Of a stretch of 64,000 bases of DNA, positions 57,549 through 64,000 are shown in pieces (the first letter of the stretch is position 1; each line of letters opens with the position of its first letter). The notes under the pieces are model-generated. The model saw only the letters and a list, made by a program, of their open reading frames with translations. It did not search any database and was not told the origin of the DNA. Both the position numbers and the translations under genes were made by a program. The DNA lies in contig NW_027103286.1 in assembly GCF_902728285.1 (NCBI RefSeq), positions 3,292,497 to 3,356,496 of the forward strand, in the 5' to 3' direction. The stretch is from Clytia hemisphaerica (taxonomy: Eukaryota).

Positions 57549-57983
57549 TTTGACCACTACAGTAATAACCGATGTATTAAATTATAGAGACATTTTTAAG
57601 TGAAAGATAGATTACTACCACCATAAAGTTAAGGGTTTTGTTTTTTTATGCGGTTTATAGCAATACTCTTTTAGAGGTCAGCCCCCTTTTTTCAACGACG
57701 AAGATAAAAACATCTTGAGATATTTACACTAAATTCGGTTTCTGGGTGAACAAGGTCAATCTTTTGTGGTAATGACCAAATAGTTTTAAATCAATTATTT
57801 AGAAAGCTGATCAAAAATCAACAGAACTGCGCCTTTTAACGTACAATTTTTGTAAATTCTTAGTATCTCAATATTTAGATAAATTAAGTAATTATGTGTG
57901 AAGCAAACAAATAAGTAAACTCTGGAAATAAAAAGTGCGAATAATTATATGCAGTAAGGTGGCATGTTAAGAAAATCATGTGT

Positions 57984-58436
57984 TCATTCGATTGGTATGT
58001 TTTCCATCTCAACATCACCATTCGCTTTTCTTTCTGTGTCGTCATCTTGGTGTTCTGGCGGTGCCTCGGTCTCTATTTCTGGCTTTGCAGGTGACGTCAC
58101 TTGAGGTGAAGGGTCCTCGTTGGTTAGCCTCGGTATTACAATACCTTCATCATTGTTATTCACATAATGAGCCCTGGGTAACCCTTCATTATCTAAGTTA
58201 CCTCTTTTACGAAGCATTTCTCTCAAGTGATGTCCGTTCTTAGCTAACCTCCAATTCAACAGGACAACTGCAACGATGAATCCAACCATAAGGGCGAAGA
58301 AGACGAAAAAAATGAGGATCCCAATTTCTTCTTTCTTCACTGAAGTAACAGGCTCCTCGAAATCACACCTGGCTTGTTCAAAGTCGATGAAATCTTTGGC
58401 GAAGTACCCTTCATGTGTCTCCCCATCGTCAGACAC
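57984..58436 (-). CDS. Probable terminal exon of a minus-strand gene: single-pass TM protein (ILIFFVFFALMVGFIVAVVLL) with an acidic C-terminal tail; upstream exons not identified
   Basis: ORF of 150 aa preceded on the minus strand by the acceptor tttctttag. Confidence 0.35.
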   Translation of the reverse strand: MSDDGETHEGYFAKDFIDFEQARCDFEEPVTSVKKEEIGILIFFVFFALMVGFIVAVVLLNWRLAKNGHHLREMLRKRGNLDNEGLPRAHYVNNNDEGIVIPRLTNEDPSPQVTSPAKPEIETEAPPEHQDDDTERKANGDVEMENIPIE

Positions 58437-58789
58437 TAAAGAAAAAGAAAAAGTTTTTCAAATCATTGAATTTGAAATTAAACTAAAGAATCATAAAGAT
58501 ATTATTTTCTGATTCATGACTCTCTTTAATTCGACGTTCTATAATTCAATACCCTCCTTTATTCGATGATATCGAAAGTCAACATTAACGAGAAACTCTC
58601 ATAAACGACGTTCTACCAATTGATGAAAATCCAATGTTTGTTTATGTTTATGTTTCTTTTCTTTAAAGTTGATGTAATAGTCTGGGAGCAGAATTCAATA
58701 TGTCGAGTTATAGACGACTTTGCTTAACCCAGAAGGTGAATGGGGTTGTTATACAAGTAGTGAGATAGTGACAGAGCTGGCACATTTTT

Positions 58790-58925
58790 AACACCTCCAG
58801 CAATGCCAAAAGTGAGTGACACTACAGAAAGTGAGTGACACTACAGAAAGTGAGTGACACTACAGAAAGTGAGTGACACTACAGAAATTGAGTACACGAC
58901 AGGACGTGATTGACACCTTACAGAA
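58790..58925. repeat. Tandem 19-bp repeat (gtgagtgacactacagaaa), about 6 copies
   Basis: Direct reading. Confidence 0.85.
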
Positions 58926-59551
58926 AGTGAGTGTCACCACAGAATAAGTTTCCAGTGGTAAATAATTTTCTAGTTATCTATAAAAGCATTAAAGTCATTT
59001 TCCCTTTCGGAAACACCCGAAAACACCGGAATTTTACCAATGAGTGTTACTAAAATTGAAACACATGGGTCAAATTCAACACCTCCAGCACTACCTAAAG
59101 AATAAGTTCCAAGTGGTAAATGATTTTCTGGTTATCTATTAAAGCACTGAGCTTCTTAGTCTAATTATTCATAAATCATAAAAACTGAGTACATTGTTGA
59201 CAATAACACCATCACCATGTGAAAGATTTTATATATAGGTAATTTTATCAGTAACAGGAAACATATGCGAGATAGCAACAATTCTTATTAAAGAAAATAA
59301 CCAAGCTTATTTCTAATTGTAAAAGATGAATTTGGAAACGTTCGTTTTTTGAAAGTCTTCAAGGCATTTGATTGAAAATTCTTTAAGCGTTTATTAAGCT
59401 TGTACATTTTTTGAGGTAAGCAACACTGCTGCACATGTAAAAATCGAGTCAGGTATAAACAAGTCGAGGTTGATGAATTAAGCAAATCAAAGTGAAATTC
59501 TCAAATTGGAAGAACAAAAGAACATTAAATTTTGATGTTGAAAACTACTTT

Positions 59552-61613
59552 AATAAAGACAAGGAGGAATTTTTTATCATAATTCAACGACCCAACATTT
59601 GAAGTCCAAAGAAAATTCGTGAAGGAGGCTCAGAGGAGTACCCAGAGTCAATTAAATTACCACTATTGTCTAGCCACTGGAAACAGGTGTTCATAGAAGA
59701 TGGTTTTTCGAACTTCACGAAAGTTGTTAATGAACGGGAATCAAACGATATATTTGCAATAGTACGCTGGATGGATGGAGAAATTGAGTATATAAAGTTG
59801 GAACTCTTAGCCGATGATCGATGGATTAAAAATCTAAGATTACAAAAATTTTAGATTGTTGAATAGGGAATGAATGAAATAGTTTATTTGAGAAGAAAAA
59901 CAACAACAATGGTAGCAAAATTCAACGTGGATACACCAAATAAAAGATGTGTAAACGAATGTATTTAAGTTATTACTATAATCCAAAAACCCTATGTAAC
60001 ACTACTTTGAGCTAAAATCGTAGAGGCAATAAAAAGAACTAAGAAAACAAAAATATTTATTGCTTGATGGTAATATATTTCTAGCTTATAAAAACAATGT
60101 TATCATTTACAAGGATCAAATCTCATTCTTTCATTGCATCATTTGGAATTTGTCGATTAATTAGAAAGCGACGTTTTTCAACAGCAAAATCTAATGCTTC
60201 TTCAAAATCCATATCTTCCTCATCTCTAACCCTTTGTAAAGTTTCCATCACAGATTTATGTGTTTTATCCTTTTCATTGCTCGAAGAAAAAGGATTTTAT
60301 ATTTATAAATCTCATGAATTGATAAGTCAGTCTCTTGACATTCGTTCAACATGCTCTCCCAAATATTAAATGTTTCTTTAACACCTTGAGATTCTTCACT
60401 ATCACTGGACATGGGCTCGCTGTCTGTAAAGTCTTCATCAGACTCTTCATCTTCTTCTTCAGATTCTTCAGGGTGAGCCTTTGCAACATGTCGATTATAA
60501 TTGCTTTTATTGGAAAAAGTCTTTTCGCAAATGTCGCATTCATACATCGTGTTTCTCCCGCCGGTTTTAAACTTATTTGAAGAAGTAGCATCCTTACTTA
60601 CGAATTTATATGCAAAACACAAGAGTAATCCGATATCGGGTTTCTCTTTAGGAGCCTGGTTTCTCTCTAAGATCTTTGTTTCTTCCAGATTACCTCCTAG
60701 TCTTTATTGGTCCACGTTCGTTTCTTGGTCCGGGACTAGCTTGAGAAATCTAGTCTTACTTGATCCTCTTTTGGGACTCCAGTAGTTCTTTACCTAGTCC
60801 TTGTTAGTCCCTTTTTGAGACCAACCAATTATTATTGGTGGCTGCAAAAAGTAATCCCTTTTTGTGTCGACATAGTCCCTTTTAGACTTCTATTAGGACT
60901 ACCCGACTACCTTCCTGTTTCGGACTACTTAGTTTTGATAAACCTTTTTCGGAATTAGCTAAATCCTGTTTTGGATACCCAATTTAAGCTTCATGAGTAT
61001 CTAATCCTCTTTTGTATCTACATAGTCCTAGCTTAATTATCCTTAGGATTAACGGGACTACCTAATCCTTCTTTAGAACTAACCAATCCTTATTGGGATT
61101 GCCAAATCCCTCTTTGGGATCAACTAATCCTCATTTGAGATTACCTGATCCCTCTTTAGGATCAACTAATCCTCATTTAGGATTACCTAATCCCTCTTTG
61201 GGATCAGCTAATCCTCATTTAGCATTCCCTAATCCTTCTCTGGGATCAACTAATCCTCATTAGGGATTACCTAATCCCTCTTTGGGATTACCTAGTCCCT
61301 CTTTGGGACCAACTAATCCTCGTTTAGGGACTAGCTTGAGAAATCTAGTCTTACATGATCCTCTTTTGGGACTATGTAGTTCTTCACCTAGTCCTTGTTA
61401 GTCCCTTTTTTGAGACCAACCAATCGGAACTGCGTGATTCTAGTTAATCCCTCTTTTAGGATTACTTAATCACTAGTTGGATCCTTTCTTCCAATTCATA
61501 TCAAAGACTCATGGTATGTTGTTGTTGTTGTTTCCTTTTTCTTTTCTTTTCTTTTTTTTTTTTTACGCGTTTTTTGTTTGGTGTGGGATTTTATTATTTT
61601 GTTAGTTACACTC
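59552..61613. repeat. Left arm of a giant inverted duplication (at least 2.06 kb per arm; the right arm is cut by the window end, so the true extent is unknown)
   Basis: 59552-61613 is the reverse complement of 61938-64000, read directly; the ORF pairs are identical apart from one homopolymer indel. Confidence 0.9.
60960..61340. repeat. Array of ~25-bp units rich in TAATCC/GGATTA (ggattacctaatccctctttgggatcaactaatcctcattta), bounded by ~100-bp direct repeats (60730-60830 and 61320-61430); mirrored at 62205-62600
   Basis: Direct reading; more than 25 TAATCC hexamers per arm. Confidence 0.8.
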
Positions 61614-61660
61614 AGTAAAAGTCGTAACGACTGCTAAGAAATTAAACTATGATTTAAACA

Positions 61661-61948
61661 ATGGATGTAAAGCTAAAGCATCCTTTTAGTATACTCGTTA
61701 GCTGTTTAAGAGGTGCAGAGAAATCTGTTTTTGCTCAAAATCTTATCAAATACAAAGATGATGTTTTCGATAAAGAGTTTGATAGAATAGTATGGTTGAT
61801 CACCAAGCATCAGGAAGATGCTTATCAATTACTTGAAACGTTAAAGTTGATCGGATTTATATTTATCCCTAAATTTGACCTTCACTGCACTTCTGACGGG
61901 GCCCGGGGCGTAAGCCCCGCCTTTGGCGGGACTTACGAGTGTAACTAA
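61661..61948 (+). other. 95-aa ORF occupying the unique 324-bp spacer between the arms (MDVKLKHPFSILVSCLRGAEKSVFAQNLIKYKDD...); ends in a GC-rich hairpin (gtaagccccgcc...ggcgggacttac) at the spacer/arm junction
   Basis: ORF track and direct reading; no confident homology. Confidence 0.25.
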
Positions 61949-62927
61949 CAAAATAATAAAATCCCACACCAAACAAAAAACGCGTAAAAAAAAAAAAAGA
62001 AAAGAAAAGAAAAAGGAAACAACAACAACAACATACCATGAGTCTTTGATATGAATTGGAAGAAAGGATCCAACTAGTGATTAAGTAATCCTAAAAGAGG
62101 GATTAACTAGAATCACGCAGTTCCGATTGGTTGGTCTCAAAAAAGGGACTAACAAGGACTAGGTGAAGAACTACATAGTCCCAAAAGAGGATCATGTAAG
62201 ACTAGATTTCTCAAGCTAGTCCCCAAACGAGGATTAGTTGGTCCCAAAGAGGGACTAGGTAATCCCAAAGAGGGATTAGGTAATCCCTAATGAGGATTAG
62301 TTGATCCCAGAGAAGGATTAGGGAATCCTAAATGAGGATTAGTTGATCCCAAAGAGGGATTAGGTAATCCTAAATGAGGATTAGTTGATCCTAAAGAGGG
62401 ATCAGGTAATCTCAAATGAGGATTAGTTGATCCCAAAGAGGGATTAGGCAATCCCAATAAGGATTGGTTAGTTCCAAAGAAGGATTAGGTAGTCCCGTTA
62501 ATCCTAAGGATAATTAAGCTAGGACTATGTAGATACAAAAGAGGATTAGATACTCATGAAGCTTAAATTGGGTATCCAAAACAGGATTTAGCTAATTCCG
62601 AAAAAGGTTTATCAAAACTAAGTAGTCCGAAACAGGAAGGTAGTCGGGTAGTCCTAATAGAAGTCTAAAAGGGACTATGTCGACACAAAAAGGGATTACT
62701 TTTTGCAGCCACCAATAATAATTGGTTGGTCTCAAAAAGGGACTAACAAGGACTAGGTAAAGAACTACTGGAGTCCCAAAAGAGGATCAAGTAAGACTAG
62801 ATTTCTCAAGCTAGTCCCGGACCAAGAAACGAACGTGGACCAATAAAGACTAGGAGGTAATCTGGAAGAAACAAAGATCTTAGAGAGAAACCAGGCTCCT
62901 AAAGAGAAACCCGATATCGGATTACTC

Positions 62928-63428
62928 TTGTGTTTTGCATATAAATTCGTAAGTAAGGATGCTACTTCTTCAAATAAGTTTAAAACCGGCGGGAGAAACA
63001 CGATGTATGAATGCGACATTTGCGAAAAGACTTTTTCCAATAAAAGCAATTATAATCGACATGTTGCAAAGGCTCACCCTGAAGAATCTGAAGAAGAAGA
63101 TGAAGAGTCTGATGAAGACTTTACAGACAGCGAGCCCATGTCCAGTGATAGTGAAGAATCTCAAGGTGTTAAAGAAACATTTAATATTTGGGAGAGCATG
63201 TTGAACGAATGTCAAGAGACTGACTTATCAATTCATGAGATTTATAAATATAAAATCCTTTTTCTTCGAGCAATGAAAAAGGATAAAACACATAAATCTG
63301 TGATGGAAACTTTACAAAGGGTTAGAGATGAGGAAGATATGGATTTTGAAGAAGCATTAGATTTTGCTGTTGAAAAACGTCGCTTTCTAATTAATCGACA
63401 AATTCCAAATGATGCAATGAAAGAATGA
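62928..63428 (+). CDS. Arm-encoded 166-aa protein: single C2H2 finger (YECDICEKTFSNKSNYNRHVAKAH) + poly-acidic Ser/Glu stretch; mirrored copy 60248..60622 (-) is truncated by a 1-nt homopolymer difference (a4 vs a5 at ~60268/63283)
   Basis: ORF pair from the track; C2H2 consensus read directly. Confidence 0.45.
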   Translation: MCFAYKFVSKDATSSNKFKTGGRNTMYECDICEKTFSNKSNYNRHVAKAHPEESEEEDEESDEDFTDSEPMSSDSEESQGVKETFNIWESMLNECQETDLSIHEIYKYKILFLRAMKKDKTHKSVMETLQRVRDEEDMDFEEALDFAVEKRRFLINRQIPNDAMKE

Positions 63429-63696
63429 GATTTGATCCTTGTAAATGATAACATTGTTTTTATAAGCTAGAAATATATTACCATCAAGCAATAAATATTT
63501 TTGTTTTCTTAGTTCTTTTTATTGCCTCTACGATTTTAGCTCAAAGTAGTGTTACATAGGGTTTTTGGATTATAGTAATAACTTAAATACATTCGTTTAC
63601 ACATCTTTTATTTGGTGTATCCACGTTGAATTTTGCTACCATTGTTGTTGTTTTTCTTCTCAAATAAACTATTTCATTCATTCCCTATTCAACAAT

Positions 63697-63885
63697 CTAA
63701 AATTTTTGTAATCTTAGATTTTTAATCCATCGATCATCGGCTAAGAGTTCCAACTTTATATACTCAATTTCTCCATCCATCCAGCGTACTATTGCAAATA
63801 TATCGTTTGATTCCCGTTCATTAACAACTTTCGTGAAGTTCGAAAAACCATCTTCTATGAACACCTGTTTCCAGTGGCTAGACAA
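63697..63885 (-). CDS. Arm-encoded 62-aa ORF (MSSHWKQVFIEDGFSNFTKVVNERESNDIFAIVRWMDGEIEYIKLELLADDRWIKNLRLQKF); identical mirrored copy 59666..59854 (+)
   Basis: ORF pair; possibly an exon or a small domain protein. Confidence 0.3.
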   Translation of the reverse strand: MSSHWKQVFIEDGFSNFTKVVNERESNDIFAIVRWMDGEIEYIKLELLADDRWIKNLRLQKF

Positions 63886-64000
63886 TAGTGGTAATTTAAT
63901 TGACTCTGGGTACTCCTCTGAGCCTCCTTCACGAATTTTCTTTGGACTTCAAATGTTGGGTCGTTGAATTATGATAAAAAATTCCTCCTTGTCTTTATTA

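Larger units (their letters stand above)
61938..64000. repeat. Right arm of the inverted duplication
   Basis: As for the left arm. Confidence 0.9.

Noticed and set aside
61661-61948. Spacer ORF as a degenerate P-loop ATPase (PFSILVSCLRGAEKSVFAQNLI resembles PF.ILV.G.SGSGKS.F..LI of packaging ATPases)
   Set aside because: The Walker A glycines and the GK[ST] core are not conserved (CLRGAEKS), and the ORF is only 95 aa. The resemblance is too weak to call. It is kept only as a remark in the palindrome finding.
1-64000. Reading the window as a prokaryotic defence island (operons, CRISPR, toxin-antitoxin)
   Set aside because: Every well-supported gene is split by GT-AG introns with consistent phases. 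There are poly-pyrimidine/AG acceptors and AT-rich intergenic DNA with MITEs and SINE-like repeats. No Shine-Dalgarno-spaced ORF series or operon-like packing is present.

Overview
This is AT-rich metazoan nuclear DNA, not a prokaryotic locus: every gene I can reconstruct is interrupted by GT-AG spliceosomal introns with consistent codon phases. The taxon cannot be fixed from sequence alone, but the gene content (MVP, astacin, DZIP3-type HEPN expansion, NLR-like NACHT) fits a marine invertebrate, for example a cnidarian. On the + strand I find two tandem modular zinc-finger genes (C2H2 pairs plus a FLYWCH/WRKY-GCM1-type finger); the second carries a frameshift. A SNRNP27 orthologue follows on the + strand. 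An intronless F-box/LRR gene lies on the - strand. A ~29.5 kb major vault protein (MVP) gene lies on the - strand, with 26 phase-consistent exons (845 codons) spanning 17758..47293. A six-exon astacin metalloprotease sits on the + strand. A >2 kb-armed perfect inverted duplication runs off the right edge of the window. MVP's introns carry nested cargo. Two small antisense membrane-protein genes sit in one intron. A ~30-copy minisatellite in the same intron is built from copies of an MVP 3' splice site. The most interesting feature sits in MVP intron 3: an intronless, same-strand tandem pair of a DZIP3-type HEPN protein and a 1216-aa NACHT NTPase. The NACHT protein's C-terminus is about 11 copies of a roughly 90-aa repeat that I do not recognise. 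Many TA-flanked MITEs, a foldback element, several dispersed SINE-like families and a possible 5S-derived SINE are also present. All exon coordinates were derived by hand from splice motifs, phase bookkeeping and remembered family conservation, so boundaries may be off by a few nt.
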